A program made the position numbers and the translations under genes. A stretch of DNA of 21,956 nt from Myxococcota bacterium. Lineage in GTDB: Bacteria > Myxococcota > JACRCW01. The stretch lies in NCBI GenBank assembly GCA_040752415.1, contig JBFMGU010000180.1, positions 1 to 21,956 on the forward strand, given 5' to 3'. How positions within the stretch are numbered: position 1 is the first letter of the stretch; the number at the start of each line of letters is the position of its first letter. A model generated the notes under the pieces. That model was given only the letters and a program-made list of their open reading frames with translations, was not told where the DNA came from and did no database searches. Of this stretch, positions 9,986 through 18,712 are shown in pieces.

Positions 9986-12316
9986 TCACACCCGCGCCCG
10001 ACGCCCCACCATGAGCAGCGCCAGGAGCAACGCCAGCCCGGAACAGGCCAGTGCCCACGCCAGGGGCCAGCGCGGCACCTCGTAACGGAACTCCACCGGT
10101 CCCGCGGTGACGTCGTCGGCCACGGCGGCCACGTGCACGCCCGAGCTCCGAACCACCGGCAGCTCACGCCCGTCCTGCTGCGCGCGCCATCCCGCCTGGA
10201 AGGACGTGCGCAGCCCCACCACCGCGCCACCGCTGCCGGCGAGCGTGACGCGGGCGTGGTCGCGGGAAGGCCACTCCCGTGCCGTCACCTGGGCGCCTTT
10301 TCCGTCGGGAAGTGGAACGTTTGGCCTGCGTTGCAGAGGATCATCGACGACGGCCACCACCTCCTCGGCCGTCCGGCTCAGCCCGATGGCGTTGATGACG
10401 TCGTCCTCATTCACCTTCAGGCTGGCTGCGCGTGCGATGAACACCGTCGGGATGGGGTCGTCGATGGCGTGCACGCGCAGGCCCATGACGGCGGTGATGC
10501 GGTCAAACCCCGGCACGGTGACCTCGCTGGTGTCGCCCTCCCGCGGCGCGCGGTCCGAGATGAGATGCGTACACCCCAGCGCGCGTGAAGCCGCACTGCG
10601 GTCCCGGCCCACGCCCCCGCCCAATTGTCGTCGAACACGGGAGGTGAGCGGGCTGTACATGTGTCCGGAATTGAGCCCGTCGCAGGATTGGACGCTGGGC
10701 GCCGCGACGAGACGTAGCAGCAACGCACCGCCCCACGGGCCGGGCGCATCCGGGATGCCGAGGGTCCGCTCGTAGACGTCGGGGTGGTGGCAGAGGACCG
10801 GCGGCGGGTCCGGGCTCATGGGCGGCAGGACCATCAACGGCGAATGCGCGTCGACGAGGCTGGGGCCCACGTTCACCGTCGACGCGGCCACCAGGATGAG
10901 CTCCGTGGTCAGCAGCAGCGGAAGCACGGCCACCCGGGCGCGCCACAGGAGCAGAAGCGCAGCGAATACCGGGACCGCCCCCATGGTCGCGGAGCGCAGC
11001 AGTGCGTCGCTCAGGGAAGGCAACGCGGCGGTCCGTGCCAGCTCCAGCGCGCCAGCTCCCGATGTCACCAACGCATCCAGCGCGTCACGGTTGAGCGCCA
11101 CCCAGACCAGCAGCGCCACCTGGAAGGCCAACATCAATCCCAGCGCCACCGGCAGCACCGTCCGCGCCCGTCGTCGACGAACCACGACATCCAACGTCCC
11201 ACCCGCGAGCACCACCAACGCCAGCGACGCGATCACGAGGTACTTCTGCGGATATCGGAACAGCGCCAGCGGCGGAAAGCTGCGCATCAACGCCGGCATC
11301 AGCGGCGAGTGCTCACCCAGCGCAAACACCATCGCCACGGTTGCAAGCAACGCCGCGCTGCGCAGTCTCCGCTGGGAGAACCCGACGAGCGCGCACGCAA
11401 GCAGCAGCGGTCCCACGTAGGGCGTGACGTTCCACGGTAACTTCTCCTCAGCCGCCACGCCGTGCAGTACGGACCACAACGTGGCGTCGGCCTGGAGCTG
11501 CGTGGTGAGCAGCGCGGGTTCCAGCATGGCGAGCCAACTCAGCGGGTCGTGCGACCAGATGAGCGCCTGCTTGAGGTCCAGTCCGCCACCCCGTCCCGTC
11601 AACGCCATCTCGCTGAGCGCGGGAATCCACAACAGCGTTCCCACCAACGCCGCCGCCGCCACACCCAGCGCGGCCCGCCCCATGCCGCTTCCACGACGGA
11701 AAACGCCCTCCAACAGCACGATACCGACGCCAATTCCGAACGCCTGCGCGTCCCCGCCCAGCAGGCATCCCACCAGCCCCAACACCATGAACCCCGACGA
11801 CAATCGCGGTGCAACACGCTGTCTGCGCACCGCTGCCCAGACCACCGGCAGCCACGTGGCGGCGACGAGGTAGAACTGGTGTCGGATGAGGTCCAGGCTG
11901 GTTCCGCAGAACGCAAACGCAATTCCCGCACTCGCCGCCACGAGGGGACGCACATGAAACGTCCTTGCCAGCCACGCCGCACCCGCGGCCGCGCCCGCGA
12001 GGTGGAGCACCACGTTCGTCGTGATGGCCGCGTCGGGTGGAAGCAGGAACAGGAGCCAGCGCACCGGGTACAGCAGCTGGTACTGCGGGTCCGCGACAAC
12101 GGGTCCGCCATTGGCCAGGTGCGCGGAGACGCGCCACGTTGTCGACGGAGACGCGAGATCACACAGGATGCCCAGCTCCACGCGGTCCAGGTCGAGGCCG
12201 AAGTAGAAGAGGCCCAGCAACGGCGGGAGCAGCAGGATTGCGCCAATGACCGCGGCGGCAACCAGGCACGTCCGTCGGGTGACGTGTGCGAGACGCTGTC
12301 GCCGGGCGGGAGACAT
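9986..12316 (-). CDS. YfhO-like polytopic membrane protein (putative GT-C glycosyltransferase), paralog 1
   Basis: Many TM segments. Motifs NGGPVVADPQYQLLYP, HL..AAAGAAWLAR, AFAFCG, WLP, YVG, LFRYPQKY, and a C-terminal soluble domain with FQAGWRAQQDG and VEFRYEVP followed by a final TM. Confidence 0.75.
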   Translation of the reverse strand: MSPARRQRLAHVTRRTCLVAAAVIGAILLLPPLLGLFYFGLDLDRVELGILCDLASPSTTWRVSAHLANGGPVVADPQYQLLYPVRWLLFLLPPDAAITTNVVLHLAGAAAGAAWLARTFHVRPLVAASAGIAFAFCGTSLDLIRHQFYLVAATWLPVVWAAVRRQRVAPRLSSGFMVLGLVGCLLGGDAQAFGIGVGIVLLEGVFRRGSGMGRAALGVAAAALVGTLLWIPALSEMALTGRGGGLDLKQALIWSHDPLSWLAMLEPALLTTQLQADATLWSVLHGVAAEEKLPWNVTPYVGPLLLACALVGFSQRRLRSAALLATVAMVFALGEHSPLMPALMRSFPPLALFRYPQKYLVIASLALVVLAGGTLDVVVRRRRARTVLPVALGLMLAFQVALLVWVALNRDALDALVTSGAGALELARTAALPSLSDALLRSATMGAVPVFAALLLLWRARVAVLPLLLTTELILVAASTVNVGPSLVDAHSPLMVLPPMSPDPPPVLCHHPDVYERTLGIPDAPGPWGGALLLRLVAAPSVQSCDGLNSGHMYSPLTSRVRRQLGGGVGRDRSAASRALGCTHLISDRAPREGDTSEVTVPGFDRITAVMGLRVHAIDDPIPTVFIARAASLKVNEDDVINAIGLSRTAEEVVAVVDDPLQRRPNVPLPDGKGAQVTAREWPSRDHARVTLAGSGGAVVGLRTSFQAGWRAQQDGRELPVVRSSGVHVAAVADDVTAGPVEFRYEVPRWPLAWALACSGLALLLALLMVGRRARV

Positions 12317-12350
12317 GGGCTGTTGGGATAGCAGGGTGCTGCCCGGCGCG

Positions 12351-14690
12351 TCAGCGGCGCCGTCGGGCGAGGAAGAGCTGCAAGGCCATCAACGTGAGGC
12401 CCGCCAGGGCACAGCTCGCGGACTCCGCCAGCCGCGGCGGTGAATAGCGGAGGGTCACCGTCCCCTGCGTGACGTCGTCGACCACGGCCGCGACGTGAGA
12501 GCCGGACACACGCACCACCGGCAACGCCCGACCCGCCTGCTCCGCGCGCCACCCCACGTGGAATGCCGTCCGCAGGCCCAGCAGCGCGCCTCCGCTTCCC
12601 GACGCTTCCAGCACGGCGTGATCCCGTTGCTCCCACCGCAGAGCGCGAACTGTCACGCCATCGCCCGACGGGAGCGCTGCACCAGCGGGCAATCTGCCCA
12701 GCGGGTCATCCACCAGGCTGAGCGGCTCGTCGGTGCTCTCCAGTGCGGTGAGCAACGCTTCTTCCGACGCCACGAAGCGCGGATGGGGGACCACGAATGT
12801 TTCTGGTACCGGCCGGTCGAGCGCCAGCACGTGAACGCCGACGCCACTGAACACGCCGCCGGGGTCGGGAACATTCACGGGCCGCACGCCTGGGTCGACG
12901 AAGGGACGTGTGGTCACCAGGTGCGTGCAGCCGAGCGCCCGGGCGGCACGCGTGTCATCGCGTTCCAATGCGTTGGAGAGGTGCCGGTTCACCCGCGTCT
13001 GCAGCGGTGAATACGCCGTGGCGGCGGAGACCTCGTCGCAGGCTTGCATGCTGGGGATGTCGAGGAGCCGGAGCAGGAACGCCTGGTTCCATGCCGGTGC
13101 CTCGCCCGCTTCTCCCACCACGCCCAGGTTCAACCCGATGAGGCTCGGGTGATGGCAGATGACCGGAGGCGGCGCTGCGGCGTTCAGCGCGCGCAGCGGC
13201 GAAACCACGTCATGGAGCGTGGGACCGAGCTCCACCGTGCCCAGCGCGGCCAACAACAGGTCCACCGTCAGCACCACGGGCAGGGCGCGCAGGTGCCGTC
13301 GTCCCGCGAGCAACAGGATCAACGTCGCCACCACAGCCAGCGTGGGAGCGAGCGCGGCGTTCTGCAGCATCAGCCCCAAGGTGGGTCTATGCGCGGTGCG
13401 TGCGATCTGCTCGTCGGGGAGGCCGGCCTCCACCATGCTTTCAAGCTCCGACGCGTGGGCGGCCAACCACCCCATCAGCAGCAGCTGGAACGCCAGCACC
13501 GACGCCAAACAGGCCGCCAGCAGCGCGCGTCGCTCCGCAATCCGCTGCAGCGCCATGGCCGCCAGCACCACCGCCGCCAGCGTGGTGACGACGAGGTATT
13601 TCTCCGGGTACCGGAACATCGTCAGCGGCGGGAGCAGGCGCATCAGCGTCGGAAGCACCGGGGTCTGGTCTCCCAGCGAGAACAACAGACCCACCACCAG
13701 CACCAGCACCACGGTCCACGCGCGCCGGACCTTCACGGCGGAGAGAGCCAGCGCCAGGAGCACGGGACCCACGTACGGGGTGCGATTCCACATCGAGGAA
13801 CCGATGGCTCCCGCGTCCTGCTGCCACAACGTGGTCTCACCGCGCAGGGGCTGGTGCAGGATGTTCGGCTCCAACGCCGCCAGCCAGCTCACCGGGGTGA
13901 ACGACCAACCCAGTGCGCCGGTGAGGTCCAGTCCCTCTCGTCGTGGCGTGAGCGCCAGCTCGGCGAGCGTGATGTTCCACTGCGTCAACCCGAGGAGCAG
14001 CGCGGGCACCACCGTGGCCATCACCAGCGCCCCGCGCGACCAGCGGCTTCGTCCGCGTCGACGAACATACGCCAGCGACTCCAGTCCGACGAGACCCACC
14101 ACCAGGGCAAAGGCCTGCGGCTCCGCTCCCAACAGATTCCCGACGAGGGAGAAGCCCAACATGAGCAGCGCCCCGCGCGGGTCTGGCGAGCGCAACGCAT
14201 ACCGGGCGGCGGCCCAGCCCAGGGGCAACCACGCCGCGGCCACGACGTACGTGGTGTGCCGCATCAGGTCCAGCACCATGCCGCTGAACGCGAAGGCCAC
14301 ACCCGCGCACGTCGCCACCAACGCGCGCGCACCCCAGGAACGCGCCAGCCACGCCGTCGCCGCCGCGCCCACCGCGAGATGGAACACCAGGCCAAACGCG
14401 AGCCCGAGGTCGACGGGGAGTGCCAGGGCGATCCAGCGCGGCGGATAGAGCCACTGCGCGTGCGGCTCGGCGAGACGAGGGGTGCCGTTGCCCAGCCAGG
14501 GAGAAATCCATCCCGCCGCGCGCTGTGCGTCGCAGAGGAGGCCCAGGTCCACGCGCTCCAGGTCGAGCCCGAAGAAGCGCACGCCGGAGAGCAGTGGCAG
14601 GGTGAGCAATGCCGTGGTGATCAGAGCGGCCGCGGTGCAGGCCCGCTGCGTGGTCCGTCGACGCACGTTGCCACGCGCGGGGTGCCCCAT
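12351..14690 (-). CDS. YfhO-like polytopic membrane protein (putative GT-C glycosyltransferase), paralog 2
   Basis: Colinear with paralog 1: WISPWLGNGTPRLAEPHAQWLYP, AFAFSG, WLP, PYVGP, MFRYPEKY, FHVGWRAEQAG, VTLRYSPP. Start taken as ATG 14690 (MGHPARG); the exact start is uncertain. Confidence 0.75.
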   Translation of the reverse strand: MGHPARGNVRRRTTQRACTAAALITTALLTLPLLSGVRFFGLDLERVDLGLLCDAQRAAGWISPWLGNGTPRLAEPHAQWLYPPRWIALALPVDLGLAFGLVFHLAVGAAATAWLARSWGARALVATCAGVAFAFSGMVLDLMRHTTYVVAAAWLPLGWAAARYALRSPDPRGALLMLGFSLVGNLLGAEPQAFALVVGLVGLESLAYVRRRGRSRWSRGALVMATVVPALLLGLTQWNITLAELALTPRREGLDLTGALGWSFTPVSWLAALEPNILHQPLRGETTLWQQDAGAIGSSMWNRTPYVGPVLLALALSAVKVRRAWTVVLVLVVGLLFSLGDQTPVLPTLMRLLPPLTMFRYPEKYLVVTTLAAVVLAAMALQRIAERRALLAACLASVLAFQLLLMGWLAAHASELESMVEAGLPDEQIARTAHRPTLGLMLQNAALAPTLAVVATLILLLAGRRHLRALPVVLTVDLLLAALGTVELGPTLHDVVSPLRALNAAAPPPVICHHPSLIGLNLGVVGEAGEAPAWNQAFLLRLLDIPSMQACDEVSAATAYSPLQTRVNRHLSNALERDDTRAARALGCTHLVTTRPFVDPGVRPVNVPDPGGVFSGVGVHVLALDRPVPETFVVPHPRFVASEEALLTALESTDEPLSLVDDPLGRLPAGAALPSGDGVTVRALRWEQRDHAVLEASGSGGALLGLRTAFHVGWRAEQAGRALPVVRVSGSHVAAVVDDVTQGTVTLRYSPPRLAESASCALAGLTLMALQLFLARRRR

Positions 14691-14870
14691 GGATGCGGTC
14701 ACATAGAGCACCACGAAGGGAGGAACAACCGCGCCGTCGTCAACCAGTGCTCTTGGGCGCAAGCGGAACCGTGGCGAGGCAACTCTTTTGGCCCTCCTGT
14801 CGCCGTGCTACACCGTGGCTTGCAGGACGGAGCGCGGTGGGGCCCGACGCGTCGTCCTCCAGGGGCCCGC

Positions 14871-15887
14871 ATGTTCCTCAAGCAGTTCGTCGACTACCAG
14901 GTGAGGCCCGGGCTCAAGCACGTCATCATCCACGTCACCAACCACTGCAATTTCCGTTGTCGTCACTGCTTCATCGACTTCTCACCCAAGCGCGACCTTC
15001 CCCTCGAGAAGTACCAGGAGCTGGGCCGCCAGATGGGGCCGCTGTTCTGGCTGGACCTGGCGGGTGGTGAGCCGTTCCTGCGCAAGGACCTCGCCGAGAT
15101 TTGCGCGTCCTTCGACGCGGAAGTGGTGACCATCCCCACCAACGCGTACCTGACGGACAAGGTGGTGGAGATGACGCAGCGGATTCGCGCGGCCATCCAG
15201 GGTGAGCTGACCATCTCCATCAGCGTCGACGGGCTCAAGGACACGCACAACCGCATCCGCGGCGAGGCGGAGAGCTGGGACCGGCTGTGGGCCACGTTTG
15301 AAGCGCTCCAGCGTCTCCCCGGCATCCGCGTGAAGATCAACACGGTGCTGTGCAAGGAGAACCAGCACGAGATCCTGGAGCTGATGGAGGACGTCCTCCG
15401 TCGTGGACCGGACTTCCACTCCATCATCCTCCTGCGCGGCAGCCCCATCGACCCGACCTTCGGTCTCCCCGATCTCAAGACGCTCCGTCGCCTGGAAGGA
15501 CCCATCTTCGAGATCCTGGCTCAGTACGACTACGGCCAGAGCCGGCTCGTGAGCCACGTGCTGCGCAACTACCACCGCTACCTATGGAGCACGTCGCTCA
15601 GGACGCTGGAGCAGCGCACGCAGGTCATCCCCTGTCTCGCGGGCACGGCGCACGCGGTGGTGATGGGCAATGGCGACGTGAGCAGCTGCGAGATGCTGGC
15701 GCCGGTGGGCAACGTGAAGGAGCAGGCGTGGCAGGAGCTCTGGCACGGTGACGCCATGGACGCGCAGCGCAAGAGCATCGCCAACAAGGAATGCCACTGC
15801 ACGCACAACTGCGCCATGTTGGACAGCATCCTCTTCCGTCCCGCCAGCTATCCCCATCTTGTCCTGGGCGTGCCTGATGTCGGTTGA
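14871..15887 (+). CDS. Radical SAM protein with a C-terminal SPASM/twitch-type domain, 338 aa
   Basis: CNFRCRHC (CxxxCxxC), AGGEPFLRKDL, IPTNA, ISVDG...HNRIRG; C-terminal CLAG...GDVSSCE...GNV...CHCTHNC. The true start is ATG 14871; the 5' part of the listed 947-aa ORF is antisense to the YfhO-like gene. Confidence 0.92.
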   Translation: MFLKQFVDYQVRPGLKHVIIHVTNHCNFRCRHCFIDFSPKRDLPLEKYQELGRQMGPLFWLDLAGGEPFLRKDLAEICASFDAEVVTIPTNAYLTDKVVEMTQRIRAAIQGELTISISVDGLKDTHNRIRGEAESWDRLWATFEALQRLPGIRVKINTVLCKENQHEILELMEDVLRRGPDFHSIILLRGSPIDPTFGLPDLKTLRRLEGPIFEILAQYDYGQSRLVSHVLRNYHRYLWSTSLRTLEQRTQVIPCLAGTAHAVVMGNGDVSSCEMLAPVGNVKEQAWQELWHGDAMDAQRKSIANKECHCTHNCAMLDSILFRPASYPHLVLGVPDVG

Positions 15888-16842
15888 AGTGGCGGTGGTA
15901 GGGCCGTTCTACAACGCGCGGGAGCACGTGGCGCCCTGGCTGCGGTGCATGGCCGCGCAGACGCATGGCAACTTCCGCATCTACCTCGTCGACGACGCAT
16001 CCACCGACGGCACACCGGACGAGGTCCGTCGCCATGCGGGGAATCTCCCGCTGGAGCTGATTGCGCTGACGGAGAACCGCGGCGCGGGCGCGGCACGCAA
16101 CCACGCCATCCGTCGCGCCCTCCACGACGGCGCCCAGGTCATCCTGCTGCTGGACAGTGATTGTCGCGTGGCGCCGGACTGGGTTGACCGCCACGCCGCG
16201 GTGCACCGCGCCCGACCGGACATCAGCGTCCTGGGCGGCGGCGTGCAGGGACAGGCCAGCTCCATCATCGGTCGCGCCGACGGGTTCGCCTCCTGGTTCA
16301 CCTCCATTCCGCACTTCCGCGAGGGCCCGGTCACCCGCCTGCACCTGTGCTCCACCAACATGAGCATCAAGGCCCACGTGTTCCGCGCGCACGGCCTGTT
16401 CTTTGACGAGACGCTGCACACCGGCGAGGACGTGGTGTTCTGTCGCGCGGCGCGGCAACGGGGTCTCTTGTTGTACCTGCAGTCCGACGTCGTGGCGCAG
16501 CACCTGGACCGTGATGACGTGGAGGGCGCGCGCCGGCATCACTACCGCTGGGGCCTGCACTCCTTCACCGTCTCGCAAGGAGCACAGGGCGGCTACTACA
16601 ACTTCCTCACGCGCGTGCGTCGACGACGCTACGTGGCCGCTTTGGTCCCGGGCATTGCGCTGGCGTACACCGGCCTGGTGCTGGCGGCGTACACGCCCAG
16701 GCAGCCGCGGGTGTGGAAGTACGCGCCGTGGATCCTGTACCTGAAGTGGTGGAACGCGCTGGGCGTCTACCACGGCTTCATCTCGCCGGAGCGCTGCCGT
16801 CGCACGCCCGCCCCGACGCCAGGCACTACGCGCCAATCTTGA
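15877..16842 (+). CDS. Glycosyltransferase family 2 with a C-terminal membrane segment, 321 aa
   Basis: PFYNA, VDDASTDGT, NRGAGAARN, DxD motif LLDSDC, GEDVVF, RHHYRWG (QxxRW-like), and a hydrophobic C-terminus. The ATG overlaps the radical SAM gene end by 11 nt. Confidence 0.9.
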   Translation: MSVEVAVVGPFYNAREHVAPWLRCMAAQTHGNFRIYLVDDASTDGTPDEVRRHAGNLPLELIALTENRGAGAARNHAIRRALHDGAQVILLLDSDCRVAPDWVDRHAAVHRARPDISVLGGGVQGQASSIIGRADGFASWFTSIPHFREGPVTRLHLCSTNMSIKAHVFRAHGLFFDETLHTGEDVVFCRAARQRGLLLYLQSDVVAQHLDRDDVEGARRHHYRWGLHSFTVSQGAQGGYYNFLTRVRRRRYVAALVPGIALAYTGLVLAAYTPRQPRVWKYAPWILYLKWWNALGVYHGFISPERCRRTPAPTPGTTRQS

Positions 16843-18307
16843 AGTGCTTGATGCCCACGCCCAGCATCTGGAACAACATGAGTCCGTGTCGGAAGCGTTG
16901 GATCTGCGTGTTGCCGTAGGTCCGCGCCTTGTAGCGCACCGGGATCTCGACGATGCGCAGCCCCAGTCGCGCCGCGCCAAACAGGAGATCGAAGTCGCCA
17001 AACGGGTCGAAGTCGCCGAACACGTGGCGGGCGCGGGCAATGCGCTCGTAGTCGCTGCGACGCAGCACTTTGGTGCCGCACAGCGTGTCCTTGATGCGCT
17101 GGTTGAGCACGTAGCTGAACGCGGCGGAGAAGAACTTGTTGCCCAGCAGGTTGAGCAGACGCATGGCGTCGTCTTCCATCTGGTAGACGAGCCGGCTGCC
17201 GTTGATGAACTCGCCGTGTCCCTCGGCCAGCGCCAGGTAGAAGCGGGGCAGATCCTCCGGAATCACGGTGAGGTCCGCGTCCAGGATCATGAGCACGTCA
17301 CCGGTGGCGGCGGCAAAACCGGTGCGCACCGCGTCGCCCTTGCCCTTGCCGGTCTGCGGGATGAAGCGCAGCGTGCACGGGCTCTTCTCCTCGCGGATGG
17401 CCGCTTCAATCTCCTCCCGCGTGCCGTCCTGGCTGCCACCCTCGACGAAGATGATCTCCGTGGCCGGTCCCATGCGCGGCGTGCGCCGGATGGCGGAGCG
17501 GATGTTCCCGCGCTCGTTCTTGGCCGGGATGATGACGCTGCAGCTGAGCGGCTCCGCCTTGGCGTCGAACGCGGGCCCGGGGCGCGCCACCAGGTACTTC
17601 ATGAGGTTCAGCTCGTGCAGCAACGGCATCCCGGCCAGCAGGCGGTTGGTGGCGTTGGCCACGACGGGAACGGGCAGGGGCACCAGGAACGCGTCGCCGG
17701 AGGCCACGGTCTCAAAGCCGTTGAGCTCCAGCAGCCCGCGCATGTCCTCGACGGAGAACCAGTTCTGCAGGATCTGTGGGCGCTTGAGGTGGAGGGCCTG
17801 CGCCAGCTCCAGGGCGGGCTGCCACAGGAAGTTGAAGTAGGTGCAGATGACGCGCGTGCGCGGCGTGACCACCTTGCGCAGCGCGCGGAAGGCGGCCCAC
17901 AGGTCGCGCAGCTCACCGACGAGGTCGGCCAGCACCACCACGTCGAAGGTGCGCCCGCCCAGGTCCAGCTCCTCCGCGTCGCCGACGAGGAACTCCAGGT
18001 GCGGATGCTTGCGCCGCGCGCGGTCCACCATGGCCGGGCTGAGATCCACGCCCACGCCCTCACTCGGCTGCAGCGCGGCCAGCGTGTCGCCGGTGCCGCA
18101 GCCCACCTCCAGCACGCGCAGCCCGGGCTCCACCAGGCGACGCAGCAGCGCGTTCTGCTCGTCGTAGAAGAGGTGGTGACGACGTCGCCAGAGGTCATGC
18201 GTGGCCGCCGCGTGGTCAAAGAACGCCTGCAGGTCGCGGTTGCGGCTGCTGGCGGCGGCCTCACGCAGGAACACGCCGGGATCCACGCGGTGCTCGGGCT
18301 GACTCAT
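16826..18307 (-). CDS. Class I SAM-dependent methyltransferase fused to a GT2 (polyprenol-phosphate glycosyltransferase, DPM1-like), 493 aa
   Basis: N-terminal VLEVGCGTG, GVDLSPAMV, GDAEEL, FDVVVL; C-terminal SVIIPAKNERGNI, VEGGSQDGT, GKGDAVRTGF, ILDADL, NGSRL, DTLCGTK, EIPVRYKARTYG. SD GGAGGA before ATG 18307. Confidence 0.9.
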   Translation of the reverse strand: MSQPEHRVDPGVFLREAAASSRNRDLQAFFDHAAATHDLWRRRHHLFYDEQNALLRRLVEPGLRVLEVGCGTGDTLAALQPSEGVGVDLSPAMVDRARRKHPHLEFLVGDAEELDLGGRTFDVVVLADLVGELRDLWAAFRALRKVVTPRTRVICTYFNFLWQPALELAQALHLKRPQILQNWFSVEDMRGLLELNGFETVASGDAFLVPLPVPVVANATNRLLAGMPLLHELNLMKYLVARPGPAFDAKAEPLSCSVIIPAKNERGNIRSAIRRTPRMGPATEIIFVEGGSQDGTREEIEAAIREEKSPCTLRFIPQTGKGKGDAVRTGFAAATGDVLMILDADLTVIPEDLPRFYLALAEGHGEFINGSRLVYQMEDDAMRLLNLLGNKFFSAAFSYVLNQRIKDTLCGTKVLRRSDYERIARARHVFGDFDPFGDFDLLFGAARLGLRIVEIPVRYKARTYGNTQIQRFRHGLMLFQMLGVGIKHFKIGA

Positions 18308-18333
18308 CACATCCTCCAACGCGGGCCGGCGCG

Positions 18334-18633
18334 TCATGCATGCACCAGGCGCCATTGCCCGTCCTGCAGCTCACACTGCAGCAGACCTTCATCCACCACC
18401 AACCCCGCGCCGTCCAGAAGCCGGAAGCGCACCACGGCGCGCGCGCCCGCCACGTCGGTGCTGACGTGCACCAGGCGCCAGCCGCGCTCCCGCACCTTGC
18501 GCAGGTTGTGCTCCAGCCGCGCCCGCTCCGTCGTCGACGCGCCCTTGAGCCACGCGCCCAGCCCCGCCGCGCTCCCCTCCACGCCTGCGCGCTGGAACGC
18601 GGACCAGAGCGCGGAGAGCGGGGACGGATCCAT
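18334..18633 (-). CDS. Small hypothetical protein (99 aa), possibly NTF2-like
   Basis: Fills the gap between flanking genes, has GC-rich third positions, and shows a helix-then-strand pattern ending in DGQWRLV. TAGGCT lies 6 nt upstream of ATG 18633. It ends 26 nt before the MT-GT2 start. Confidence 0.6.
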   Translation of the reverse strand: MDPSPLSALWSAFQRAGVEGSAAGLGAWLKGASTTERARLEHNLRKVRERGWRLVHVSTDVAGARAVVRFRLLDGAGLVVDEGLLQCELQDGQWRLVHA

Positions 18634-18639
18634 GCGCAC

Positions 18640-18703
18640 AGCCTAGTGGCGGAGTCCGCGTCGCGGGGAGATTCCTGCTTCGTACCGGCGGTGGCGGTAC
18701 ACT
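18640..18703. promoter_or_regulatory. Divergent promoter region with two -10-like hexamers
   Basis: TAGGCT on - (18645-18640), 6 nt before ATG 18633; TACACT on + (18698-18703), 9 nt before ATG 18713. Confidence 0.5.
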
Positions 18704-18712
18704 GGCACAACC

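Noticed and set aside
13044..14870. Apparent 609-aa N-terminal extension making a 947-aa radical SAM fusion
   Set aside because: It is antisense to YfhO-like paralog 2 and has the Arg/Gln/His-rich composition of a shadow frame. The radical SAM domain starts cleanly at ATG 14871.
14871..16842. Mycofactocin-like (MftC/MftF) or other RiPP cluster
   Set aside because: No precursor peptide or RRE protein is visible, and the auxiliary domain has too few Cys for a full peptide-modifying SPASM domain.
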